The notes beneath the pieces were generated by a model that saw only the letters and a list, made by a program, of their open reading frames with translations, was not told the DNA's origin and searched no databases. Below are positions 12,991 to 25,800 of a stretch of DNA of 64,000 nt, piece by piece. Position numbers and translations under genes: made by a program. The DNA is from Camelus ferus (Eukaryota): NCBI RefSeq assembly GCF_009834535.1, contig NC_045696.1, positions 9,984,001 to 10,048,000 on the forward strand, in the 5' to 3' direction. The stretch's first letter is position 1. Each line of letters opens with the position of its first letter.

Positions 12991-15325
12991 GTAAGCAGCT
13001 TTCCTGTTCATTGCTTATTGTTCTCATTGTATATGTTTTCCTGAGATACTTGACTATGCATCCCTAATGGGGTTTATCCTAAGAGAAAAAGAAAAAACTT
13101 TTCGTGATCCTGTTTATAGTAATAATATTGGGTGCTATTATTCCAAACTTATTGTACAATAGGTACAAACAGATGCATATGTGGATGTTAATATTAGGAA
13201 CCCAATTTAAGATGGTAACTTAAGAAATACTGCCATTTCCAAAGAGAATTCAAAAGTCACCTTTAAAAAAATCTATGCTTACATTCCAGATATTTCCACA
13301 ATAGTCTTTACAAAATATTATGATTTTATTTTACTGGGAATTTGTTTTCCTTATGAAGCCCTTCCTTGGTTTCAATTATTACTTTACTCCCAGGATCTGA
13401 GGGGGAAATGAGCAGAGCATGCTGGGCTGGAAAATTAGTCGGGGTGCAGGGGCTTCGTGACAATAGAGAACCAACAAAGAAAGACTGGGAGGCTACAGGG
13501 GAAAGTTTATTTTTACTTTTAGGTTTTTTTTTTCTTAAAACATGAAAGGAATAGATGAATGGAATTAACAAAAGCTGCAGTGTAACTTACACAGGAGACT
13601 CTCCTCTGCAGTTTTCTCTGAATTTTCCAGTTAACAAGGTCCTGCACGTTTGTCCCATGTTTTGCTCCTTCCTCCCCTTTCACTTCCGGGTCACCGCCTC
13701 TAGCAGTCAGTTCTGCATTAAAGAGGGAGGCACAGCTAGTATATACTCTCTCTCGAGAAAGTTGTGGGCTTTTTCATTTTAAGTTTTAAGAATTTCTTGT
13801 CATTTTTAATTTACTTATTTCTAAAGATTTTTTTTAATCTTATAGTGAAGAGGGGCAAAAACCTTCACAGGCTAGTTGTATAGAATAATACTTAGATGTT
13901 TTGATCATTTTTTATTTTGAACTTTTATTGGGACTTTTGTCCTAACAGACATTGGTGTCAGCTCTGCATTCTTTCCTCCGTCCAGTTTATCTCTGCAGAT
14001 AATGCTTCCCATCTTGGTTGGTCCGATCAACTGTTTATGATCCTCACAGAACCAACGGCCTTACTGTTGGAGAGACCTAGGGGAGGGGGTAGCAGTAGCA
14101 GTTTTTTGGAGGTGGTAATTACTGCCCGCTACTTGCCACTTATACCCATTTTAAATCTAAACAGTGGTGTTCATGAAGGAGAGAATGACCTGGGTTGTGG
14201 ACATTAGACCAGGGTTTGATTAAAACCTGGAAGTCAGTTTAGATGTGGAGACATAAAAAAGGAGGCTATTACCTTAAGACTCTTTATAAGTGAAAATTAG
14301 CCATTTTTTGGCGTTGAGAGGAAAGTGTGACGCTACACAGATGTCACTAACTGTCCACTGGATGATGCAGCAGAAACAGATATGAAACATAAAAAACTGG
14401 TCAATTCAAACCAGGATGCTTTTAGTTAGTATTAGCCAGCAATTTTTATGAAAAAATGTTGTTTCTGTGGGGCCACTCACCTTGAAGTTTTAGCATTAGA
14501 TGGCAGTGTAGGCAAGTAGCCTGGATCATAGATGGACGTTGGCCAGGAGCCTGGGAGAGGGTGCTCACAAGGTGACTAGGAGGCTGATTGAGGTGCGTTA
14601 CTGAAAGATACCCAATGAAAACAGCCATTTGTTCACTGGAACCCTGGCCCCACACTCAGGGGAGCCACGTGCCAGAAGCTGCACTTTGTCACTGACCGGA
14701 CATTTATGTTTTAACCTCACGGAAACAAAGTGGTCTCTCTCATAGGACCTGCACTCGCATTTTTTTGTCCATTTTTCCTAGCAGACTGACTGAGGCTGCT
14801 CTGGAAGCACCAAGAGTTCTCTCACAGTGTTGGGTGGTTTCCCCTGAGCTCTGAGAGGCAGGACAGAATCCATGCCTGAGACGGAGAGGCCCCCATGCTG
14901 AGGAAGAGGCAAGGAGGCCTCTGCAGTGAGAGCATCTTAGGTCTGCACTGGAGTGTGGGCATCACTAGCATCCTCTGACCATGGGGTGATTACAGTATTA
15001 CTCGCAGTAGATACATTAAAATATACAGTGAACTGAATCTTCTGACTGCTTAATTTTTTATAATCTCTCTTGAAAAGCAAAAATAAATGTAAGAAACTTC
15101 ATAAAAGTGTTTTTAAATATTTTCGAGAAATAGTTTCCTGTGTAAAATCATCTGTGGTGCATTCTTAAAGGCAGAGAAAATTATTTGATTATAAACTTTT
15201 CTTTATGTGCTTTGAGAGTGCTAATTTCATTCATGAAATGCATGATTCTTAAGAAGGTATGTGTGTGGCAGCTGGGATCATTTATGCTCTCAAGAGTTTA
15301 AGAAATTATTTTTTGGTACTTTTAG

Positions 15326-15455
15326 CAAATCTTGAAGGAACCCAAAATGGCGGCTTCTATTATGAATCCCTATGTAAAGCGTTCCATTAAAGTGAAAAGC
15401 CTGAATGACATGTCAGCAAAAGAGAGGTTTTCTCCCCTCACGTCCAATCTGATCA
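15326..15455 (+). CDS. ATP5PO: ATP5PO exon 4 ([43 protein letters not shown] + 1 nt)
   Basis: TAG acceptor, GTAAGT donor, 130 nt, ends in phase 1. Confidence 0.97.
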
Positions 15456-15494
15456 GTAAGTATTAGAGCTTTTTTACTGAAATCTTTGAAAATT

Positions 15495-15650
15495 CTGCTC
15501 CTGAAACTGTGGTCCGTGGACCAGGAATATTGCATCACCTGCCTTTGATAGTCAAGAATCTCGGGGATTCCCAACCTGCTGAATCAGAATCTGCATTTAA
15601 ACTAGCTCCCCAAGTGGCTTGTTTGCACACTGAAGTTTGAGGAGCACTGT
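15495..15650. mobile_element. MER5-like hAT relic in ATP5PO intron 4
   Basis: tgtggtccgtggaccag...ctgaatcagaatctgcattt...aagtttgaggagcactg. Confidence 0.7.
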
Positions 15651-16195
15651 CTAAAGGATATTAAGATGTAGGAATGTCTGATTGCATAGTCAGTAGTTGC
15701 AACGCATGGAGGAGACCAGTGGGATTCATACCAAGAAGAGAAAAATGGTTTGTAGCCAGTGGCTGTGCCTCTGTCCTTGAAGACATTTGCAGTCTTTGGT
15801 ACCTTTGGATTGCTTTTCAAATCCTATGGTCACTCAGAATCCAAAAAAAGTGTATTGTGAATGTAGACAGTGTGTTAGTTAATTTTGAGAATTTGTAGCC
15901 AACATTGGAATCTGGCATAAAAATGAAAATCAGATTGCAAGCTGTGATCAAGAAATCTGTTCCAGATTTGTGTGACACACACCCCCTTACAAATTTAAAT
16001 GCTTGTCAGCACAGTCTCTTTTTTTTTTTTTAACATTGAATATACTTTTTAAATAACAAGTTGGATCTTCTCCATTCACATTCTTAAAATACATTGAATA
16101 TAGTATTTTAAAGCCACAAATCTAAGTTTGCTTTTGAGGTGAATATAATATTTCATGAATAACCTGACATAAGTGAGATATCTTTACTTTCCCAG

Positions 16196-16309
16196 ACTTG
16201 CTTGCTGAGAATGGTCGCTTGAGCAACACCCCTGGCTGTCATTTCTGCCTTCTCCACCATGATGAGCGTCCACCGCGGAGAAGTACCTTGCATGGTTACC
16301 ACTGCGTCT
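16196..16309 (+). CDS. ATP5PO: ATP5PO exon 5 ([13 protein letters not shown][G/A][24 protein letters not shown]); contains one extra base near 16229-16237 as written
   Basis: CAG acceptor and GTAAGT donor. Length is 114 nt but 113 nt is needed to join phase-1 exon 4 to phase-0 exon 6. OSCP homology switches frame mid-exon. Confidence 0.93.
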
Positions 16310-16719
16310 GTAAGTAATAAGCTGTTGGTGCTGCATTTGCCTTGACATTCCATGTGTCACATTTCGCAGAACCAAAAAAGAAAAAAAAAAAAAGCAGGCT
16401 AAAATCAAGAAATTGGGAAGGTGGCTTGTCATTCGGGGGTTTGCTTCATTTATACCAGTTTCTGTGAACTGCTTTGGAAGGACCAGCATGTGTCTTCTTA
16501 GTGCTTCCTTAACCAGCAATTATTCATAAGGACTGTAGATTGGGTCAAAATGTGTTGGGAAATACTGGTTTGCAGTCTACTACAGGTTTGAGTTATTCTG
16601 TAAATACCATACTAAGTAGTTTACTGAAGTGGGTTTCTCATCTTCTGTGGTCATGAATGGGAAAGGATGAGGTGGCTGGGCCCTTTGATCTTGCTGACTT
16701 GCTGAAGTTGACTGTAATA

Positions 16720-16930
16720 ACAGCCACCATTGACTGGAACCTACCATAGGCTGAGTACTTTATAATTTATTATTTTATTTAACATCAGAGGTCTGTGTGA
16801 AGCAGAAGTGTAATTATCCTTATTTTACCAATGAGGAAACTGCAGCCCATGGAGATGGAGTTGCATGCCTGAGCCCACAAAAGGTGGGACTAGGATCTGA
16901 GCACAGGCCTCTCTCAAAGGTCCACGTTCC
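16720..16930 (-). mobile_element. MIR SINE
   Basis: ccttattttaccaatgaggaaactgcagccc core. Confidence 0.65.
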
Positions 16931-17539
16931 TCGGGTCCTCAGGCACTGCCTCCTCACAGGTCATTTCCTTGCTGTCTTAAATACGTCTTCTCTTCTCACT
17001 GTAGTTCAGCCAGTACGGGAAGACAGCCTTGGGACTTGTCAGTAGAGCACGGTAGATTTACTTGGGGTACACAGCACCTGATCTCACCTGGGTTAATACT
17101 GCTAGTGTTTGAGAGATTTCTGACTTTCCAGAAGAACACAATTTCGAAGAGACCTTTTAGCACATAGTACATATTTGTGCACTTGTAGTTCAGTAGTTGG
17201 TGCCCCCAAAGCACATACCTGGCTGAGAAGCCTCACAGCTCAGATGTTCCCCCGAGCCCCGCATGGCCGCGCTGGTCCTCCCCGACAGTGGAGCTCAGAC
17301 GCGGCTTCCCTAGCCAGACGGTACAGTCACACCATCCCTGTGGCCAAGCACTGATGCCAGCCATTCTTCTGTGGTTACAAGGACATGATTTTTTTTTTAA
17401 GAGTGCTTGCTTTTGTAAAAATTTTTTAAAACCAATTGATCCTAGTGCTTTTGATGTTGAAAATCCTGGGTAAATAAGTTTCCACTGTTTAAAAAAAAAA
17501 AAGTGTACCTTGATTAATGATTAAAGGAACAGACTTGAG

Positions 17540-17770
17540 AAATAGACTGATTCCAAATATTGGCGCTAGTCCTCTCTTGCTCTAAGTGGGACCTTAGGTG
17601 GGTTTCTTAACCACTGTGAGCCTCAGTTCTCCACATGTGTAGTGGGAGTGATAACTCCCGGCCTCCCAGGGTTGTCCAGATTGAAGGAGACCGTGGTGTA
17701 ACACGCCTGGCAGACAGGTGTTTACCACCCGGTACGCATCTAAATGGAAGGTGGCACGTAATTCTGAGTC
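17540..17770 (+). mobile_element. MIR SINE
   Basis: tgggaccttagg...cttaaccactgtgagcctcagttctccacatgtg. Confidence 0.65.
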
Positions 17771-18491
17771 CTCTAACCTCAGAGCCTCAGCACATGATTG
17801 ACTGAACACTGATAGCCTTTCACTGCCGCCATCCCCAGAACATACTGTTAGGTCTTCACAGAGCTGGAAAGGGTTTTTTCTAGCTTTTGGACTCTTAGAG
17901 GTGTGGGTAGTGAGGTAGGATTGGTGACAGGTAACAGGCCGCTCCTTCAGCAATGGTTACCATGTCGTCCCACCAGGAGTAAAAGTTGGGACAAGGGGAG
18001 AGAACAGAGTCTGGGCACTCGTGATCCTTGTATGAACAGGTTGCAGAGCCAGCCAACAGACTCTCAGCCTCAGAGAAGGGGGCAGCATGCCAGAGCTCCT
18101 GGTACCCGTGGGTCACAGATCGTAGAACCAGGTCGGCTGCAGCTTTTCATCCAAGGAAGTAACGGGCTCAGGCCACACCCAAGGGGGCGGCACGGGGGAG
18201 CGGCCTGCATCCCCCGGCATTACAAGCTTCGGGGTTTTCCCCCTGAATCATTGCCGGGTTGCGCTGCTGGTACCATAGAGCAGAGATGGGGAGGGAGTGG
18301 CATTTGTGGGCAGTGTGAGCACCAGTATCGATGGTGACCGCTCAGTGCAGCCGCGGGGGGTCCCCAGGCACGGGAGTTCACAGGGCCTGTCTTGGTGAAG
18401 TAAGCCAGAGGGATGTTTTTTCTCTCCTTCTACTATGGTAAGTTTCTGTTTTGCTTTATCTAAATTTAAAGGGTGTTTTGTCCTTTTCTAG

Positions 18492-18578
18492 CCTTTAGAT
18501 GAAGCCACTCTTACTGAATTAAAAACGGTCCTGAAGACCTTCCTAAGTAAAGGCCAAGTCTTGAAATTGGAAGTTAAG
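18492..18578 (+). CDS. ATP5PO: ATP5PO exon 6 ([29 protein letters not shown])
   Basis: TAG acceptor, GTAGGT donor, 87 nt. Confidence 0.97.
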
Positions 18579-18875
18579 GTAGGTTTTTAATTGTGTACAG
18601 TGTTTCCTCAGGTTCTTTAACACGTAAAATGGCTATAGAAAGTGGAAAATTAGATCTGTGTATATAAAAATTTACCTATAGTAGAACCTACATATTTATT
18701 TTCAATATAAATTATTAGAGTCCATTGACAATTTGACTTCTGTCTTTTTCTAGATGTAATTACCACATCTTACAATTATGTAGCACGTAGACTTTTCAGA
18801 GCACTTTCTCATCTTTCCTTTTGACTAGTGAAATAGCATTGTGTTTTCACATTTTCAACCTATTTTCTCTCCTAG

Positions 18876-18989
18876 ACTGACCCATCAATCATGGGTGGAA
18901 TGATTGTCCGTATTGGAGAGAAATATGTTGATATGTCTGCAAAAACCAAGATTCAGAAGCTGAGCAGAGCAATGCGGGAGATTTCCTAA
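18876..18989 (+). CDS. ATP5PO: ATP5PO exon 7 coding part ([37 protein letters not shown])
   Basis: TAG acceptor, OSCP C-terminal [13 protein letters not shown] motif, TAA at 18987-18989. The frame-corrected CDS is 642 nt (213 aa). Confidence 0.97.
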   Translation, partial: TDPSIMGGMIVRIGEKYVDMSAKTKIQKLSRAMREIS

Positions 18990-19034
18990 AAGTGTTGATT
19001 TTCTGTCAGTGAAAATTCTTAAGCTTGGAGCAAC

Positions 19035-19040
19035 AATAAA
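19035..19040 (+). terminator. ATP5PO: ATP5PO polyadenylation signal AATAAA
   Basis: Canonical hexamer ~45 nt after the stop, with a T-rich downstream element (tttattttcttgt, ~19067). Confidence 0.85.
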
Positions 19041-22000
19041 ATGCTTCCTGAACAGAATATACTAGGTTTATTTTCTTGTAAAATGGAAATACGGGAGTCT
19101 TATTTTTATATCTTTCAGTGTCTACCCTTAGTTTAAACTTAAAAGACCCTTTGGAATTTAGTTTCTGTAGATTATTCTTAGGAATTTGTGGACGCTCCTA
19201 TCCCTTAGGAAAAATAGTTGACATTTATTCCAGGTACTGTTTTGTGCCCAGCACCGTTAAGTACTTGGTATATCTTGCCTCACGTCCTTTGTCTCTGAGG
19301 CCAGAGCTTGGGGAGGGGCTGGGCCTACAGGTGGAGTTAAGGTAAAGCGAACCGGTGGCTGTCCTGGAGTTTCACCTGTTGGTGTCCATCTCTAGTCAGA
19401 GAAGACGCTGAAGGTGGTTCTCGGAGCCCACGCTGGTCAGACGTAGGCAGCTGGCCCTGCTCTCCTGCCGCTCGCTCCCTGCAGCTTCTGCAGCGCACGG
19501 GCCAGCCCCATCGCTTGCCCTAAGGTCCCACATCAGCCAGGTGACTGGGGCTGCTTGGCGCTCTTAAAACAGCGCTGGTTTATACTCACCTGATTATTCT
19601 AACAGTACTTCTGTCACGTGCATTTGGCTTGACCTCAAAAGTGGTTTGTCCTACAGCCCTGCCCTCCATGTTGTCCTAACTGTGAAGGCAGTAATTTTTC
19701 TCTAAAGGCTTTCAGAGAGATTATGGCCAAAAAGTTGTCTCCATTCTAGAATCTAGAAAATCTAAAAGGAGTTACTCTAAGCATCCACTCTGTCGACCCA
19801 ACTAGGGGCAGAGGTCCAGAGCAGAACCGTCCACCTCACAGGAGAAGGCAGCAGAATAGGTTTCTCAGCCCGCTGGCCATCACAACCCCCACGAACGTCC
19901 TCACAACCAAGGAGCGGCCAGGAAGCTCCGCCCAGAATAGAATCAGGGTTTTCTTCCCCACTGGGAGCAGCTGTTCTGGGGGCAGGTACACTAAATGTTA
20001 GAAGTCACTGCTCTGGCTGGACTTCTGCCCATTGGTCCTGTCAGTTAAGTCCCTTCCAGCCAGGCTGGGGGAGCCAAACACAAAGGAAACAAAGCTTTTT
20101 GCTTCCCTGATGATTACAGTTACCCAGAAGTTGCCTGGAGCAATGCCTAGTACACCGTGGCCACTGCACTTCAGGTTATAAAACATCCCCATAGGACTAG
20201 AACCTTTACAGCCAGTGAGTGTGTTCCTTCCCTTGGATGGTAACCCCTTCCCAGACTGTCGAGTGACCAAGTCAGGTAATAACCACTCTACAAAACTCAT
20301 TCAGCAGGAAGTTCCACAAAAGGGGACATGACGCAGACTGCCCTGCCCTCTGGAGCAGCAGGCGTGGCGGCTAAGAGCATGTCTCGGAGCCACATGGAGG
20401 ATGTCCGTCCATGCAAGCCTCTGCTGCGTCCAACCCATGAAGCGCCCCACCTTCAAGGCTCGGTCTCCTCCCTGTCAGTGGAAGAAGCAGCAGTGCCCAC
20501 TTGCAGAGCTGCTGCGGGCGAGGCTAGGCTGACAGCTTAGAACCGGGCCGCACGGGCGTAGAGGTGTCAGTGAATGGCTCAGTTACTGACCTGATGGCCT
20601 CTGACTTCTCTGGGCCACCTGACCCCACGGATTCACTGGTTAAACAGCATCTGACAGGTCGTAGTCACGCGACCACGTCCATCTAGTATTGCCTGCCAAA
20701 ATCTGTCTTCAAGGGCCCATTCGGAACCCCTGGGCCCTGATCATTAGACTGACTTACCCCAAAGTCCTCCAGGGAAGTCTCTCCCCAGTAAAGTGCCTTT
20801 AATCCTGATGTAACACGCCCTAGTTAGTTGAAGGATGCTCTGCAGCTTTCAAGGCCGTTTCGTGTATATCTTACTTAACCTCCTAACAGCCTTGTGTTTC
20901 GGGGGAGACTGACGTCACCACTTCACAAGTGAGGAAGGACACTGCGGGGCTCTAGAGAGTTGCTCAGGGTCATGTGCTTGGACAGCTGGTGGGTCAGGTC
21001 CCAGAGCCCAGACCATTCACTAAACACCCACCCTCTTGTTCCAGATCGTCACTGGCCACGTCCTGGCACACAGTCCCCCACCACTGGAGCCAACAGGCAA
21101 AGCTAACCGTAGGTGAGTCCCTGTGCCCCTCCCCACTTTGTCCCTGAGGTGCTCCTGATTTACCCCTTAACCCAGGTCAGCTCTTCCCCACATTTCCCCT
21201 CCTGCTGGCCTTAGAGAAAACAGAGTTGTCCAGACAACAGCCCTCTCAGGTGCCCACTCCTTGGTCACCCTCCAAGTGTTCAGACAGCAAACTGACTCCT
21301 TTTCCAGAACTTCCCCTGGGTGGGCAGAGGCAGGATGATGGCAGCTACGAAATCCTGCAGGGCAATGAGTGACCCAGAGCCACTGCCTGCATCCTAGGGC
21401 TCTGGTGCTGGGACCAGTGTGCCCTCCATCACCATGACATTGCCCTCCTGGCTGTCATGTTGCTGAAACTCTGGGCTTCCTCCTGGCAAACCAGCTCCAC
21501 GATCGCCTGATGCGGCAACTGATGGAGACACCACTTCGGGCCTCTCGGTACTTTCCCAGGAGTAGCTTTTAGCTACTTTTAGCTGGCCAGCCAGCTAGAG
21601 ACCACACGTACCAGCCTCCCTTGCGGTACCTGCTCGTGGAACTAAGTTCCTGCAGATGAGAGAAGAGAAGAAACAGTGCCTGTGGCTTCCTGATGGGCCT
21701 CACGAAGAACAGGCAGGCAGTTCCCTTTGCCTCGGCTGGATGCGGCCGAGCGGTGGCAGCTGCAGCAGACACACTCCAAGGTCAAAGCCGAGCGATTTCA
21801 AGGCAGAGCCACCCTGCCAGGCCAGACCGCGGACCTCTGGGCTGTCGACAGGAGAGAGAATAAACCTCTCATTGAAGCCACGGGATGTTGGGGCTCTCAG
21901 TCTCAGCAGCTGAGTCTATAACCTGACCAATATGCCAGGTTCCCCAAAACTCATCTGCCTTCCTCCCGGCCTGCCTCCTGACCACAGTGAGGCCCACGTT

Positions 22001-22864
22001 GCACCAGACAGGGCATCCCACATGACGGCTGATGGACAAAATATCTTTGGGGGTAATACTGCCCTAATCCTTCAGAATCAAACCCAACAAACTTCCTGTA
22101 GACTAAGTATATAGAAATGGGACGAAATGATGAAATGCTTCAAACACTGCCTTACGTGGTCTTCAGAGATTAACCCAGAGCTCTGTGTACAACAGTATTC
22201 TTCACGGCACTTTCTTCACCAAGGTCAAAATTTTAAAACAGCCTCAACATGTGACCACTGAGAATTCTTTTTAAAAATCAGTATAAAAAATAAATAAGTA
22301 GTAAAAATTAAAATGAGGATAAACTGGAATACCCTCAGGCAATGGGATACTATGCAGTTCTTAAAAATCAAGTTGTAGAAAAATAGATGAGATGATAGAT
22401 ACAGATTTGAGTCTAAAAAGCAGCCAAAATAGAAGTGAGATGATTTATATAAATTTTGTGATTGAGCAGTGCCTTGCATCTGGGAAGTGCTGAATGTGTA
22501 TTAGCCATTAATAGCACAAAAGCATCTCAAACGCATATGCGCATGCAGGAATGATGTGCGTCAAAATGTCACCACTTATTTTTGTGTGGAAGAGTATCTC
22601 CATTAAGTGACTTCAATTCCTTTGTATTTTTTTGTGCTTGCTAAATTTTCTGCACCAACAAATATTACTTCTGTAATTAGAAGAAAAGCAGTAAATATTC
22701 TAAAATAAAATATTGCCTTGATTATGCTGGCTGCTGACTGTGGTTAAATAGGCGTTGTTCAACGTGTTTTATACCAGTGATTCCTTCCACCCACCAAGCT
22801 GTGCCAGTCGGACCTTGTCAGTCTTGGAGAAGACTAGGTGTAGTCTGGAGAAAGTAATTTATTT

Positions 22865-25800
22865 CATTTGCTTTTAATGACATTTACTTTATTTTTAAAA
22901 GTTCAAATAACAACCAAGAAAAGGGCATAAGATTTTTTATGTTTATCAAAAATGGGGCCTACTGATTTAAAAAAGGCAAAGATAGGCCACTTTAGGGTCA
23001 GTATTTTTAAGGTGCTAAGACAATTCCACCAGTGTCCCAGTCAATCATCGAATTTAAGGGGTTTGATCATATGCAGACAAATCAGTGATGAAATAAGGAG
23101 GAATCACCTTAAAACCAGAACAGAAGAAAATGCTAAAGGTTATCCATGGAGATTCAGGTAACAGTAAAATTCCATGTTGCTTTGCTAATGGTGCCCAGAG
23201 TTACGTCAAGGTTCTGAACACAGGGAGTTATTTGTGTTGGAAACTTCTTTGCAGAGAGCCTGGGGAATCCTTCTGAATGTCACTGTAAGACAGTGTTGCA
23301 TTTGCGTCTCGCTCACCACCCCTGACATTCCCCGTGCTACACAGCTTCTCCAGTTCTCACAAGTACGCGGTACAGGAAATCCATTTCTACTTGGTGCTAA
23401 TGTTCGTGTCTGAAGAAGGCGTGGGGGAGTTGAAAGGGTTGTTGGCTTGGTTTTTTTACATTTACTTTTGCACAAATTTCTTTTCACTGCTACAGCCCTG
23501 TCTGTGGAGAAGAAAACACAGCAAGAGATGCCATTTGCACCGTTACCAGTCTCCTGTCTGCTCAGAAAGGAGGTGGGGCAGAAAAAAGCCAAAATAATCC
23601 ACTGTAACAGGGTTGGGTTTTTCTCCTTTTATTGACGAACTATGTGAATTGAAACCGTACAGGTCAAAGTGACCGATGAGTTGTTTGGAAGAGATTGTTC
23701 TTTTTAGATTCAAGATACATAGGAATAGCAGTCTGAAACTGATGTTGCTACTGGTTTAAAGAAAAAGAAAAAAAAAACCTCAGTTATCATAATCTTAATC
23801 TGTAAAATTTAACATTTCATACATAATAAGGTGCCAAAGGAACTCTCCAACAGCAAAACTAGCCTCAGCTTCTTTTAAACAATAACTGAAACCTAATGTT
23901 TTGGCCCTGCTTCATCAAACCTTAGACAAATACATAATTCTACAATTTATAATAGTGTCTAGTAATTTTTAGAACTCCATTGACTTTACATATCAGACAA
24001 TATAGTCTCCCTTTGATGGGAAATTAAACAGTACCAGTATTTGGCAACAGAAGTATATTACAGTCAGCAGGACACCCAACGAGTGTGGCTTAGTCCTACC
24101 CCTGGGCGGGGCTGTGAGAGGAGCAACATGCCACCAGCACTGCGACTCATTTGTCACAGGAAACACAAGGGCCTCATTAGGATTGATACATTCTTTTCCA
24201 AACAGGCGAAGGCTAACTGGAGTGGCTGTGAGCTCTGCTGGGCAGGACCCCGTGGTCTCTGGCTTTTCTTGTCCCCAGACAACTAGGCCCAGGGGACAGC
24301 TGACTGGCTGGCTCATTCCCACTCACAGCCCCACTGCCACCGCAGCCACAAGGGCATGGTGCTGAGGAAGAAGGGTCAGGACCCATCCTGAGCGGGTGGC
24401 CCAGACCGCGTGGGCTGCTGGGGGCCTGAGACAGCCTTCCCAGGCCACCTCAAACAAGGAGATCTCTGAACAGCTCCATATTTGGGAATAAAGTCAGTGA
24501 CACCCACACAGACAGTTCCTCAAGGTAATTTGCAGATTGCTTGTCTGACAGTAGATTCCAGGAAGCTTCCAGAAATCACAGCTCCCCACACCCCTGAAGT
24601 CCAGAAAGTCACTTGGACCCCAGCATCTGCCAGTTTCAGGCCTAGTGAAAAGGGACTTTGACTGTTGGTCGCCAGCATTAGGAAGCATACTGCTTGTTGA
24701 AAGAAATGTTGAAAACCTAACGCACACATTCCCCATATGTCCTTTCAAGCCACGACCTTCAACTTTTCACAAACAGTGACCTCTGCGCAATGCCCTGGCT
24801 CCCCTGGGAAGTGGCTATTTTCAGTGACGCCTCGTTCCCAGCCTGTTAGAGGAGGCTGGCCTCGCGGGGCTGCCACCTCCTGAAATGACTTCTGAATGCA
24901 TCTCTCAGAGGTTTAGACCTTGACTTTCATGGGATTTTGCATTCCATCCCTCCCTAGGTGGCCTGCGGGGACATTTCTGGTGGCAAGTATAGAAAGTCTT
25001 GCCCCAGAAGCAGCCTGGACCTCTGAACCTTCCCTGGGGAAGGGAAAAGGTGTCTCTTGCCTCTGGCATCTCCGCCGGGGACACAGGCACCTAGGAGGCT
25101 GCTCTGTGCTGCCTGTTCTGTGAGCCAGAAACAGCTTAACCCAGAAACCCCAAACATCACCCTTCAAGCCGCCCAGCTGTGAAACAGACAAAGACGGTGA
25201 AATGCCCCAGGAAATTGCATGGAAAATGCAAACGCCAATGGGATATGCTGAATCCATCCTGAAAGAGAACTGCAGAGGGTGACCAGGAAGTCAGGGGTGG
25301 CCACCTGCCCACATTCGGACCTCTCTAGAAGGACGGTTGGGTCCGCCCCAGATTCCTGACCAATTTGCCAAAACTCATGGAAACTTCTGGGACACATCAC
25401 ACGGACCTGACGGAAGCAGGCTGTCAATCCTCTCATCCTTCCTGACACAACACCCTCCAGAATATGTTACCTGTTTAATGAAACACCAAGGCCTCATCTG
25501 AGGTCTCGGCGGAAGGATACATCACTTTATCTCACCGCCACCCATTCCATTCAAATCCATCACGCTCCCTGCCCCCGCCCCAAAATGATTTCTTTGAATT
25601 TCTAACATATGCAACTCGGATTTTCTTTTTAATAAAAGAAATTTAGTTGGGTTGAACCCAAGTAATCTGATTAAGTTTTCTACTCCTGGAACAGGTTTTT
25701 AATTTTTTTTTTCTATAGTTTTATGCACTTAAATTAGATTCCTAAAATACTCTCATATACATACAGAAAAAATAATCTCTCGATGGCAAATCACATTTTA

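Noticed and set aside
16196..16309. Programmed frameshifting or alternative splicing rescuing exon 5
   Set aside because: There is no slippery heptamer, and homology on both sides of the extra base leaves no splice-site shift that restores the protein.
10604..18989. ATP5PO as a pseudogene
   Set aside because: It has a single lesion only; introns, splice sites, promoter and synteny with ITSN1 are intact, so an artefact is more likely.
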